From: Eledone cirrhosa
Taxonomy: Eukaryota
DNA length: 64,000 nucleotides
Direction of reading: 5' to 3'
Assembly: GCA_964016885.1 (NCBI GenBank)
Contig: OZ024743.1
Location: forward strand, 16,988,001 to 17,052,000
The position numbers and the translations under genes were made by a program. Shown piece after piece: positions 41,517 through 53,800 of the stretch. The notes under the pieces were generated by a model. It saw nothing but the letters and a program-made list of their open reading frames with translations, did not search any database and was not told where the DNA came from. Every line of letters begins with the position of its first letter. Position 1 is the stretch's first letter.

Positions 41517-42427
41517 TGGAAAATTTGAACAGGAACAAAACAGAGAGGCAGTACAACGAATGTTTATTAATTTCACGCTCTGGAGAGTGGGTTGGTGGTG
41601 GGGAACAACGTTTCGGGCATAAGCCCTTCCTCAGGTGAAAAGTGTGTGGGAAGAGAGTTCAACGGGTGTGTAGGGGAGTGGTGGAGAGACATATAGCGAA
41701 AAGGGGGTGGGAGAAAACGGTGCGAATGAAATTAAAGATAAAAATAAAAATAAAGCATGATCAAAATAAAATGAAATGAAATAAAAATAAAAGCATGATC
41801 AAAATAAACTGAAATTAAAAAGGGGTAAAACAGGTGGTTCGAAGGGTGTGGGGTGTGTAGGGGTGGTGGCGGGTGGAGTGGGGAGAGGGAGACGGGGTGT
41901 CCGAGCATGGAGGGCTGAAGGTGGTGTGTGTGTGTATGTGTACATGTGTGTGTGTGTGTGTATGTGAAAGCAAGGGTTGGGGGAAGAACGGGGTTGCATG
42001 TTCAGGAAGAGGTGTGTGTGGGGTGGGGTGTAGGTTGGAGTGATGTGCGTGTGTGGATAGAGGGGTGGGGGGATAGGAATCCGGAGGATGAAGGTGTAAA
42101 TATGTGGTGGAAAGCACGTGTGTGTGGGTTTTAAGCGTGTTGTGGGTGTAGGTGGCGTGTGGGAGAAAAACAAATGCTTGGGTGTGTGTGTGGGAGAGTT
42201 ATATAGGTGATTCCGTAAGAGGATGTGGTAGAAATGTTGGTAAACGCCTATGATGGTAGTAAATTCCACGGTCAAGCTCCACATGCGAGTATTCCATGAA
42301 GAGATGGTCGGAAGAGGAGAGATGTCGGGTGCGCGCGCAACAGGAAGTGGTCAAGGCGGTAGGAGTGCTGTGTGTCTGTGTGTGCGAGGAGGTGGTCAGA
42401 GGGAAAAGCAGCAGTCGGGTGGAAAGG
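41517..42427 (-). mobile_element. Probable PLE 3' end/pLTR remnant (C/A-rich sense strand)
   Basis: Hammerhead motif near its 3' end, (TA)n flanks. Coding identity not recognisable. Confidence 0.45.
41604..41638 (-). ncRNA. Minimal type I hammerhead motif
   Basis: ac CTGAGGA a gggc ttat gccc GAAA cg TT gt. Stem I is weak. Confidence 0.7.
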
Positions 42428-42436
42428 TATATATAT

Positions 42437-42654
42437 ATAACGAAGGAAATGTGGTAAGAAGCCATGTGGACCATAACGCACCAACGTACTCGATACTTAG
42501 GGTAGTAGAGTGGGTAATATGAACGAGTAGGACCCCGACGGCTGAGCTCAAACCGTTTCGACGGCTAATTCTGGACTAAATAGTCCAGAATTTAGTCCAG
42601 AATTAGCCGTCGAAACGGCTTGAGCTCAGCCATCGGCGTCCTACTCGTTCCTAT
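42437..42654 (-). repeat. Family X element with palindromic end
   Basis: Long arm 42437-42578, inverted short arm about 42593-42654. Confidence 0.8.
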
Positions 42655-43124
42655 ATATATATATATATATATGAATAAAAGTATGTATGTGCGTGTGCGT
42701 GCGTGTATATATATGTGTGTATGTGTACGTGCGTGTGTGCGTGTGTACGTGCGCATGCGTGTGTAAGTAAATAGATATAATAGATATATATATATATTGA
42801 GAGCGCGAGAGAAAGCAAGAGAGAGAAGAAAGGGACAGACAAAGTGTAAAGAGGAGTACAGAGAAAGATACGTAGTTACAAAAACATGTGAAGACTCTAG
42901 TGTCTTATATATAATCGATATGCTCTGTTCGGTTCGAAACTGATTCAGCATGTTTGTAATTACACTCTATATATCGCAGTCCTAGAAGGTAGTACGCTTT
43001 GGGATTACAGCTGTATTATCCATGGACTATGTATTTACAAATTTAAGTAATTAATCAATATATTAATTATATTTAAACCGTTTTTATAAACCATTCCGTT
43101 TAGCGTGTGAACTTATCAATGAAA

Positions 43125-43778
43125 TTGAACCACTCAATCGCTGCGGATCAATCGTGGACTCTTTCGGCCTCACCCGCTTTCCTGTCGCCACAGTGCCGGC
43201 CGCATTTCACGCCATACTTCCCTTAACGAGGTCATTAAGCATGGCTTGGACGCTGCAGGCTTCCCTTCCCAGCTCGAGCCGGTGGGGCTGGATCGAGGGA
43301 ACTGCAAAAGGCCATATGGCATGACCATCTTCTCATTCTGCGGTGGCAAACCCCTCGTCTGGGATGCCATTTGCACCGATATTTTCTGCAGCCGCAACCT
43401 GGTGCAGTCTGCGACTAACCCAGGTTCTGCTGCGCGTTGGGGTGAGGGGGCCGGCCAATCTCCTCAAATACCGGTCGCTCTCCGACAGGTTTGCGATCGT
43501 TCCCATGGCAGTGGAAACTTCTGGTGTCCTCGGCCCCAGGGCTACCACCTTACTCACCACTATAGGCGCTGAGCTGGCCAGCCGCAGGTGTGTGCTCCGC
43601 GAGTTGGAGTGGCTTTTCCAGCGCGTCTCCCTTACTGCCCCACGGGGAAACGCCTTCTCCATTCTGTCCGTCGGGGCTGTGGGTGGGCCCCATCGTGTAC
43701 CAATTAGTTAAATACCATTCTTTCATCTGATACAACACAATAAAGATTATCTCCAGCCTCCAAACAAAGAAAAAAAAA
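43125..43778 (+). mobile_element. CRE-like RLE non-LTR retrotransposon, 3' fragment with A-rich tail
   Basis: C.HSAGRISRHTSLNEVIK, LEPVGL, KRPYGMT (RPDG-like), LVWDA, VPMAVETSG, RGNA. AATAAA then A-run. Confidence 0.75.
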
Positions 43779-43863
43779 TTAATGAAGCATTCTTTTGTAT
43801 TCTTTTCTTAAAGTCAACCAGTTCTATCTTGATGCAAATATTGTATATATATATATATTTATT

Positions 43864-43925
<62 letters not shown>

Positions 43926-43931
<6 letters not shown>

Positions 43932-44121
43932 AATATGTATGACCCCGACGTTAGAGCTCAAGCCGTTTCGACGACTATTACTGGACTACAGAAATAGCCG
44001 TCGAAACGGCTTGAGCTCTGCGATCGAGGTCATACTTTTTCCTATTTCCCACTCTACTCACCTAAGTATTGAGTACTGTAGTGCGTCATGGTCCATCTGA
44101 TTCATTACCACAATTCCTTTG

Positions 44122-44125
<4 letters not shown>
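43926..44125 (+). repeat. Family X element with palindromic end
   Basis: Inverted short arm 43926-43988, long arm 43989-44125. Confidence 0.8.
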
Positions 44126-44155
<30 letters not shown>

Positions 44156-44185
44156 GTGGTTACACAACAATTAGTTCACCATACG

Positions 44186-44221
44186 GAGAACAATTGTTTC
44201 ACTTTGGCGGATCCTCAGCTC
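44186..44221 (-). ncRNA. Minimal hammerhead motif in a solo pLTR fragment (44152-44260), same family as 17911
   Basis: gag CTGAGGA tccgccaaagt GAAA caattg TT ctc. Stem II is degenerate. Confidence 0.6.
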
Positions 44222-44254
44222 TACCACTACGGATATTACCTTCCAGTGTTCTAC

Positions 44255-44291
<37 letters not shown>

Positions 44292-44296
44292 TATAA

Positions 44297-44331
<35 letters not shown>

Positions 44332-44332
44332 G

Positions 44333-44367
<35 letters not shown>

Positions 44368-44560
44368 TACTGTAATGTATAAGGTCACGATGTGTGAGAG
44401 GGAACTTATATGTAGGTGTATGGATATGAACAGCGAGATAAAAACGAATGTAATTCTAAAAATAGAGAACACATTAGACAACTAAAATCAAAGGAATGTA
44501 TAACAATAAAATATGTTAAAGGGATACACTTTTTTTGTAAAATAATGTATATCATAATTC

Positions 44561-44654
<94 letters not shown>

Positions 44655-45087
44655 CTCTCTTTCTGTATACATATAGAAAGATATATATATATATTGGCTT
44701 GTACAGACCTAGAGTTGTACCTCTGTAAGAGCCATACCTATATTACATAATGATGTTGACACTCTAGTATTGAGTACATTATTTAACACACACAGACGCA
44801 CACACACATACACACACACACAAACATATGTACATATACATTACTATATAATCACTCTGGATGTGTGTGACTGAGTGTGAGTGGGCGTGTGTATGTGAAC
44901 ACGATTAAGACATTTTTTTTCGATTCCTTTCACTTGGCCGATAATTCCTATAGAATCTGTTCATTCAAATTTAGATTTTCTCAATGTTTTTCTCTATTTT
45001 TAGACATCGGAGTTTATTTTTATTATCATTCTATCATCCTTGCATTCTCTGTTGTATACTTCGATACACAAACAAACACACATACAC

Positions 45088-45404
<317 letters not shown>

Positions 45405-45860
45405 TGTGTGCGGATGTGCTTGGTTGTGCGTAGTTGTGTTTTTTCAATTAGAGTTCTATTTCTGTAGGCAAAGTGTTTTACAATTTGCATAATTGGTATC
45501 GTGACAGGATTTATCACCGTGATTAGACCTCATATAAAACCGCAATATCCAAACGGTATCAGCAGCAGCGGAATGTCGATAAGGAGAACAACTATGCAAT
45601 TATAGTTCATTGATTGTTTCTTCTGTTTACTAGGCAACGTCGATATGAAATAGTTTACACATAGTAGAAGTAATTTATTATAGGTCCCCATTCAGTGTAT
45701 CTAAAATCTATTACTGAGTAATGAATGGGCTCGACATACATCTGTTTTGCAATCAACATTAAAATGTTAAAAAGACCCGAATTTCGCATATCGTTATAAA
45801 ACACGCATCAAAATATTCATTGTTTTCATGGAAAAATTATCTACGGAAAGATAGATATTT

Positions 45861-46029
45861 AGTATCGGTAGAGGGTCGGATGCCAGGCTTTAATGAGTTA
45901 CGGCCAATTATGGTCTGAGTCCAAATCCCGCTGAGGTTAACTTTGCCTTTCATTCTTACATGGTCGATAAGATAAAGTACCAGTAATACACTGGAATAAG
46001 TGTTGTCCTTGTGCCAAAAGTAGAAACAA
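45861..46029 (+). mobile_element. tRNA-derived SINE followed by (TTA)n
   Basis: Homologous to 35801-35972. Confidence 0.85.
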
Positions 46030-46067
46030 CTATTATTATTATTATTATTATTGTTTCTATTTTCTTT

Positions 46068-46249
46068 GTGGATTGGCAGTATCGGTAGAGGGTCGGACGT
46101 CATGCTTTCCAGCATAGTTACGTCCCTTTACGATCTGAGTTCAAATCCAGCCGAGGCTGACTTTGCCTTTCATCCTTACGGGGTCGATAAAATAAAGTAC
46201 CAGTAATGCACTGGGTAATTGCAGGCCTTGTGCCTAAAGTAGAAACAAT
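46068..46249 (+). mobile_element. tRNA-derived SINE, full length
   Basis: TGGCAGTATCGG A-box-like, GAGTTCAAATCC B-box, 3' ccttgtgcctaaagtagaaacaattatt. Confidence 0.88.
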
Positions 46250-46511
46250 TATTGTTTCTGAGATATATGCCGAGTCTCTTCCTGACACCTAGGGCAAATA
46301 AATTCACAGTGTGCATTGGTTATCCAGTTAATACAGCACATTGATTATAATTAAAACAACTAAACAAGACAAAAAAATACAGTATACATAAAAGTGTACA
46401 AAAAAACCCAGTACATATGTGCATATGCATATGTAAATACAAGGAGGGATATCAATCTTACAGAGATAGTGCTCTTCTCAATACGTGTGCAGTACCAGCC
46501 AAAACAATTTT
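46250..46511 (-). mobile_element. R4/Dong-like family B 3' fragment
   Basis: Homologous to 15068-15295. Confidence 0.85.
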
Positions 46512-46538
46512 ATTATTATTATTATTGTTATTATTATT

Positions 46539-46864
46539 AGCATTTTGTTGAAAGATGGGTGAGAGAAGCAAGAATGGCCCGAGTGAATGGGCCTACTCTG
46601 AGTATGTGTCTGTAAGTTTAAGGTGGAAAACTGGGAGAGGGCACTTGCCTTGGTGGTCAGGGTCACTGTGGCCTTTTAATGGGCTTTCTCCACAAATGTC
46701 CCTCCGAAGTCTCCCCCCTATTGGGGAATTTTTCATTGTTATTTTTTTGTTACATCCTCTGTTTTTGTTTTTTACACGCAGGAATGCCCATGTGTGCCGT
46801 CCTGTATTGTCCTGCACTGTCCTTAATGTCTACTTTATGTAAGCCCTTGTGGTTAATAAAGAAA
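46539..46864 (+). mobile_element. Tx1 family 1 3' fragment (5' truncated) within (TTA)n
   Basis: Homologous to 7025-7350. Confidence 0.9.
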
Positions 46865-46886
46865 TTATTTTTATTAGTATTATTAT

Positions 46887-49800
46887 TGTTCTTTGAGTAT
46901 CAGTCATTGATGTTAGTTAACTGGAAATTTTGTTGAAATGAATATCAAGCCACTACCTGCAGCCTCAGATATTCAGGATGTATCGGAGGGTTCTTGCTGT
47001 TCCCAGCAAGCATGCCTTTTGAAGCGTTCCAAAAAGCGTGAAGGGGCCAATTTTCTTTAACCATCCCTGGAAACTTGTTGAGATAGTCCCTAGTGCGCCT
47101 ATGACAATCGGGATCACTTTGACATCATGGCAGTTCCAAATACTTTTTAACTCCCACTTTAAGTCCTGGTATCGGTTAATTTTCTCCCTCTCCTTCTCTT
47201 GCACTCTAGTGTCGAATGGGCAGGCCACATCCACAATCAGGCACGATCTTCTTTCTTTGTCCACAACCACCAGGTCAGGTCTATTGTGTTCCAGTTTCTT
47301 GTCCGTCTGTATCCTAAAATCCCACAGCACATTCACCTGATCGTTTTCTATAACCGCCTCTGGCTTATGCTCATACCACTTCTCAGAATGTGGTAAATTG
47401 TTTACTTTGCATAGGTGCCAGTGGATCACCCTGCCCATCACATCATGTCTCCAGCCCTTATAGTGAGTCAGGGCTAGGTGTTTACACTCGGATACAATGT
47501 GAGCCACAGTCTCCTCTCTCTCTCCACAGATCATGCACAGTGGGCTAGCCTCCTCCTTGTAAGTATGGTGTTTCAACCACTTCGATTTGAGGGCCTGCTC
47601 CGGCGCAGCCATTAACATTAATTCTGTAGCCTTTTTAAGGTCTCCTCTTTTCAACCAGTTCCATGTCTGTGGATCTCTAAATTCAGTTTTCTGAAAGAAG
47701 GTACTATGAAGGGATGTTTCCTGAAGGCTGCTCTTTCTCCTTGATGTTATTTTCTCCTTAGACATCCCCTGGCCTATTGTCCCCTCCTTCAGTACAGTTC
47801 TGGGCATTGGCTCCTTACTATCAGTCACGTATTTGTGTAGGTTGTTTTTCTCCATCTGAACACAGTCCTCTATGCTGATAAGAGCTCTTCCACCTTCAGA
47901 TCTCCTTAAGTAGAGTCTATCGACATCACTCCTCTTGTGGAACATGTTGTAGATAGTCAATAGCTTCCTAGTTTTCCTATCCATTTCTTTCTGTTCAGCA
48001 ACATTCCATCTCAGAATTCCCGCACTGTACCTAATAATAGACACAACTGGGGAATTTACTGCACTTATGGCATTCCTACTGTTCAGATGTGACTTTAATA
48101 CGCTCCTTACTCTCCGAATGTATTCAGTTCTTATCAATTCCTTCATTTTTTTGTTCTTGATGTCATCAGCCTCCAGAACGCCCAAATACTTGTATCCTTC
48201 TTCAGAGTCGATTTACCTTATCATCGCACCCGTTGGTACCTGGATTCCGTCACCTCTGCTCAACTTACCCCTCTTCATCACAATGACTCCAGACTTTCTA
48301 ATACCAAATTGCATACATATATCATTGGTGAAAATACGGACAGTGTCAACAAACACAGCCAACTCCTTCTCACACTTCCCGAAGAGCTTAAGATCGTCCA
48401 TCAAGAGGAGGTGATTGATGGTAATCCCTCCCTTTCCCAACCTGTATCCTGCTATCACTTTTCGCAGTACACTGGTCAGGGGCATCAGGGCAAGGACAAA
48501 CAACAGAGGGGACAGACTATCTCCCTGGAAGATACCTCTCTTGATTATCACGCTTCCCAAGAATTCTCCAGTTGATGTTAACTCTGTTTCCCTGGACTTC
48601 ATACTTTTGCCCAACAACTGTCTGATGTTATCTCCCACCTTGAAGATCTCCAGGCTTTTAGTGATCCAAGAATCGGGCACCATGTCAAATACCTTTTTGT
48701 AGTCTATCCATCCCATGGCAAGATCAGTGTGTCTCCTCTTGCAATTCCTCATTACCATCTTATCAATAAGTAACTATCCTTTGTACCAAGTGACTACTTT
48801 CGGCATCCTTTCTCTTCGTCCGGTAACAAGTTGTTTGTATGGAGGTGATGGTAGATTTCCTCAGAAATAATGCTTGTCAACAGTTTCCACATTACGGACA
48901 GACATGTGATAGGTCTATAGTTGGTAACATCATTACCCTTGATTTGGTCTTTCATTATCAGAACTGTGGTACCTTTTGTCAACCACTCTGGTACCTCACC
49001 TGACATCAAGCAGTCATTGAACATGGTTGTCAGTTTCGGGTGGAGGGATGTCATATTTTTAATCCAATACCCCTGCACACCATCTGGGCCTGGTGATTTC
49101 CAGTTGGTTAGTTTTTTGGCCTGCCCCTTAAGAGTTTCAACTGTGATACTCAAATCAGTTTGTTGGTGTGCCTGTTCACTAATCTCCTTCTGCACTGTCT
49201 CAATCCACACTGCCTGGTCATTATGTTTATCATCCTGCTCCCATATTCCTCTCCAGAATGTTTTAGTTTGTTCCGCCTCAGGGATCAAGTCGTTGCCTCT
49301 TTATTTCCCTTCAAGCTGTCCAAACAGCATCTTCTGGTTGTTGTCGAACATGCGGTTCTGTCTATACTGGCTGACTCTTTTCTCGTATCGCCTGATTTTT
49401 GCGTTCTTTGCTACAATGCGTTGCTTCAGTTCCTCTATGATAATATTTAAATTTTTCCACCTAGTTTTGTACTTTATTTCCAGTCTATTTTTAGTGTCTA
49501 TGTTTTTTAGTGTCCCATTCAGTAGGGACTCAAGATTTCCAATGTCATTTCTCATTTCCCTGATTTGAACACTCGGTCGTTTCTTCCACCAAGGCTCTGC
49601 TCTTTCTTGTCTGTTGTTTCCTCTCGCTTTTATACCAAGTGGTTTTAGCACCGTATTTGCTGTTGCTTTGAGGATAGTGTTGCACTGTTGAAGGCTCCTC
49701 GCCTCAAGGTATGGGATGACTTTGTTTACCTTAGCTGTTGTTTCTTTTAACTTTTTCCTGTCTACAAATCTTAGGTTCATAGGTCTCCCACTATCATTGT

Positions 49801-50742
49801 TCAATTCTTCTACCACTAAGTTTAGGATATCAACCAAATCTTGTCCTAGCCTATCAGCATTCATCTCCTCAGTGGCCGTATCTCTGTTCCAGGTATTATT
49901 TATCTCAGCATTCAGATCGTTGTCTGCTTCGGGTGGTTCCTCCGTTCTCTCGACCTCTTCAGCTTCATTTCCCACTGGCTCGTTTGCCTGGCATACTCCA
50001 CCCTCCATCTCCAACCTAATCTCTCTGTTCAGTTCCTCCAGTTCCTGCTCGCTTATCCACCCATTAGTTCTTATTACCCGAGCCTGCCCGGCCAATTTTT
50101 GTTCATCTAATTTAAATAGAGCAATCTCGTTCAAGATGTCATGCATCCGTTTCCTATAGCCTTTCTCCTTGGGGTTACTCTTCAGGCAACATTGCATAAC
50201 AGTTCTATTCAATTCTTTCTTCCAGTTGGTTCTGTTCCCTTTCCTTCTTCTTCTTCCTCCGACACCAGCAGTATTTTGTTGACAGCCAGGTCCCTGCTGC
50301 TGAGCCAGGGAGCACCTGTTGGGTGAGAGTCTGTCACATGACATTCTAGTCTCCATTTCAACGTTATTCGAACTGTTTATGTTCGACATTGAAACACTCT
50401 TATCGAGGATTGGCGAATGTTTGGTTACATAACCACCGGTGAATTCATCGTCTCCGGTGGTTCCGTCACTCCACGTGATTTTTCTGTAGACGAACATAAA
50501 TAAACAAACAAACAGGCAAAAAAAAACAAAAAAATGAATAAGCATAAGTTTCATTGTAATGTAGTGTTTGAATGTCTTACTTAGTTTTTCCCTTCCCTTC
50601 TCTGTCCGTCTGTTTGTTTTTCTCTTCATTCTTATTTACTTTACGTTTTTCGTTGTTGCTGTGCTGCTTTTATTTTAATTTTTGTTTTTTTGATTTTGAC
50701 CGGGTCATCAATTCAGTCTATTTATATATTTTGCTGCCTTCC
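46887..50742 (-). mobile_element. R4/Dong-like element, family A copy 3 (most complete)
   Basis: (TTA)n on both flanks. RT, CCHC and RLE domains present. Confidence 0.93.
46965..50389 (-). pseudogene. Dong-like polyprotein: RT, CCHC finger, PD-(D/E)xK restriction-like endonuclease (few disruptions)
   Basis: WKSPGPDG, YRPITCL, QGDSLSP, LMDDLKL, CMICGEREETVAHIVSEC, RHD, NRPDLVVVD...VD...EKINRY. Confidence 0.92.

Positions 50743-50807
<65 letters not shown>
50743..50807. repeat. (TTA)n between Dong 5' end and Tx1 5' end
   Basis: Direct reading. Confidence 0.95.
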
Positions 50808-53800
50808 GGCGACCTACGTAGTATATCGTATCATCGTGAGCTCCGCAAAGGTTTGTTATTTCCGTTTGTTAAAAATTGCCATTTATGGAAAATTTTATTT
50901 TTGACTGTTTATAAGCGCACATACATTGTTTTCCGAAAAGGACACCCAAAAAGATTGGGGCTTTGTGCCCAAAATTTAAACTTTTATGATCATCCAAAAA
51001 ATTTCTTTGAAAAAAAATGGCTAATTCACCTCTGCACCAAGCAGCTGGTGAGCCTTCCTATCAAACTAACACCTCACACCGACACCACCATCGTAAATAT
51101 TACTACGTTTGCCAACACAAAAAATTTAAGCAGTAGCAATATTTTAAATTTGTCTCAGGCAGACATTAATTTCCCGCCATTACCAATGACTGCAGGTGTT
51201 AAAGCCACCACCACCACCACCGCGACAACAGAAACAAAAGAAGAAAAAATAAATTAACTCGAGGTGTCGAAATGAAATCAAGCAAAATGGACTCTTCTCC
51301 ACCGAACACCACTGACGTCACCAGCACCACAACTGAAACTAAAATTAATAATAACAAAAATAAGGATAACAACAACACCAACAATGACTTTAAAAAAACC
51401 ACCCTGAGTTTTGCCAGAGTAGCAAAACAGTGCGAAGCATTTCAGGTAACTCGGGAGGAATTAGAAAATGCCAAAAAAATGGTAAAGAAAGATGGGTACA
51501 GGGTCAGCCTCCCCCCCCCCCCCCCCCCCTACCTAATAAAATGGAGCATCGGCGCCTATGCACCGTGTCGTATCGAACAATTAATGTAAAATCGCGCCGA
51601 GTGGAACGGGCATCCGACTCCCAAATCCAAAAAGCTTTAGGAAATGTGTGGGCAAGAAAAACCCACATCAGACGTGGGCAGAAGTATGGAACCGTGGACG
51701 TGTTCTTTGAAACACCAGAGGAGGCTAGAGAACACTCCATAGCCCCATTAAGAAGTGACGACTTCACACTCGTCCCAAGCTATTGTGGCCAGAGACTCGT
51801 AAAGATCAGGGTGACCCACGTTCCACCGGTCATCGAAATTCCCTGGATAATAGCGGCCGTCCTGGCCGGCATCGAAGCCAACACAAAGATAATAGCAATA
51901 GCAAAAGAAAAGCAGGAGAACTGGTCCGGATCTGGGATGGAGCTCCTGATCGAAGCGGACCAAAAAAGCATTGAGGAGATCCCAGAGGTAATAGACCTCA
52001 CTGACGGCAGCCACCTCACCATAATTGTCGAGGGCAGAAGGCATAGGTGTGTCGTTTGTTGTGAAGAAACCCACCTAAGGGCTTTCTGCCCTCAGGCTAA
52101 AAGGTTGAGGCCACCTCTCCTACCCACGCCAGTGACTCAACCATCAACAGCACCAGTAGCAGAGATGGCAGCCACAACTGTAGCAGCAACAACAGAAGCA
52201 ACTATAACAGCAACAACCCCAGCAACAGTAGCAAAACCAACACCACCACCACCCACCGCTTCAGAACTAGCACCAGCGCCTACACCATCCACCGCGCCAC
52301 AACCAAATCCAACGCCTGTGGTGGATTTTCCACTCCCCGGGCTAACATAACTGGAGACAGATTGTGACGACGAGGAGTGGGAAACGATATCAGGAAAAAA
52401 AAAAAAAAAAAAAAATGCTCTTCCTTCCCCCTCCAAAAACAAAATACAGAGGGAAACAAATAAATTAACAAATAAAAAAGTTAGGACAGATATGCCACCA
52501 TCCACACCAGCATCACCAACCCCATCACCCCAAACACCAACACCATCACCATCATTAACCCCAACACCACCATCACCAACACCACAAAAGTCACCAAAAT
52601 GCGAAACAGAAACAAACCCACAACAAACGCAAACAAAACAATACAACCAAAACGATACACACTACACTGCATTAAATTTGAACAACAACCAATTATTACA
52701 CTACATCCAACACAACACCAACATCACAGAAAAAGACTACACAACAACCCCAAAATTCACACCACCTCCACACATACAAATCACTCGCATCACACAGAAA
52801 ACGTACATGACACAAAACAAAAATTCCCCAAAGACATCGGAGACTTCCGACAAGCACTCTCCAGGAGGATTTATAAGGACATCCTTCCTGAGGAGCCCAC
52901 AAGCAGTGAAAAAGTTGGAAAAACCGTCCTTCCTCTACGAGAAGTAAGGTAAGTGGTCTTTCCCATCTGTTCCACTCCTTTTCAACATGACCTCACTCAG
53001 AATAAGCCGCATAAATGCGCGTGGCTTGGGGTCGTCATGGAAGCAGGGCCATCTGCTCAACGACCTCAGGTCACTAAATATAGATGTAGTGGCCATCAGC
53101 GAGACCAGAATCTCCGAAGCACGGGCCTTTGCACAGATCTTCGGCTGCTACGATGTGTACGCATCTCCCAGCCGTCCGGGATCGGGGGGAGGAGTTGCTG
53201 TGCTTTTTCGGAGAGGTTTGGATCTTGCCATACGGGCCATCTTCCTGGACCCAGAAGGTAAGTTGGTGGTGCTGGACGTGACCAGCGGAGACGGGCAAGC
53301 TTTCAGGTTAGTGGCCGCCTATGCCCCGATAGGAGCAGGGCGGCCTGATTTCTTCCGGTGTCTGGAGACCATTCTAGGAATGTCCCGCTCTTTAGTGTTA
53401 GTGGTCGACTGGAACGGGGTCTTAGATGCACGTTGGGATTGTGTGGGATTAGTGGATAGGGGAGGAAGGTGCAAGAGTCTCACCAACCTGCTCAGGCGTT
53501 TTGAACTGTCTGACACGTACCGATTGGATTTCCCGAATGTACCAATGTGAACTTGGACAAATCGCATAGGGTCATCCAGATCATATCTAGATAGAGTATT
53601 TTGTAGGGAAATAGATAGGTCTAGCATAGGATGCCACAATTCAAGATAGTCAGCTACACGGACCATAAATTCGTGATCTGTGTGATTGACTTACATAGGC
53701 TTCATAGACGAGGACCCGGCTACTGGAAGCTAAACGCGTCCTTACCAGCGCGCAAGGCCTATAGAGACTAAATTAGCGAACTAGTTAAGCGGGCGTTGAC

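Noticed and set aside
50400-50742. HDV-like ribozyme at the Dong 5' end
   Set aside because: Stem-loops are present but I could not assemble the nested double-pseudoknot topology by eye.
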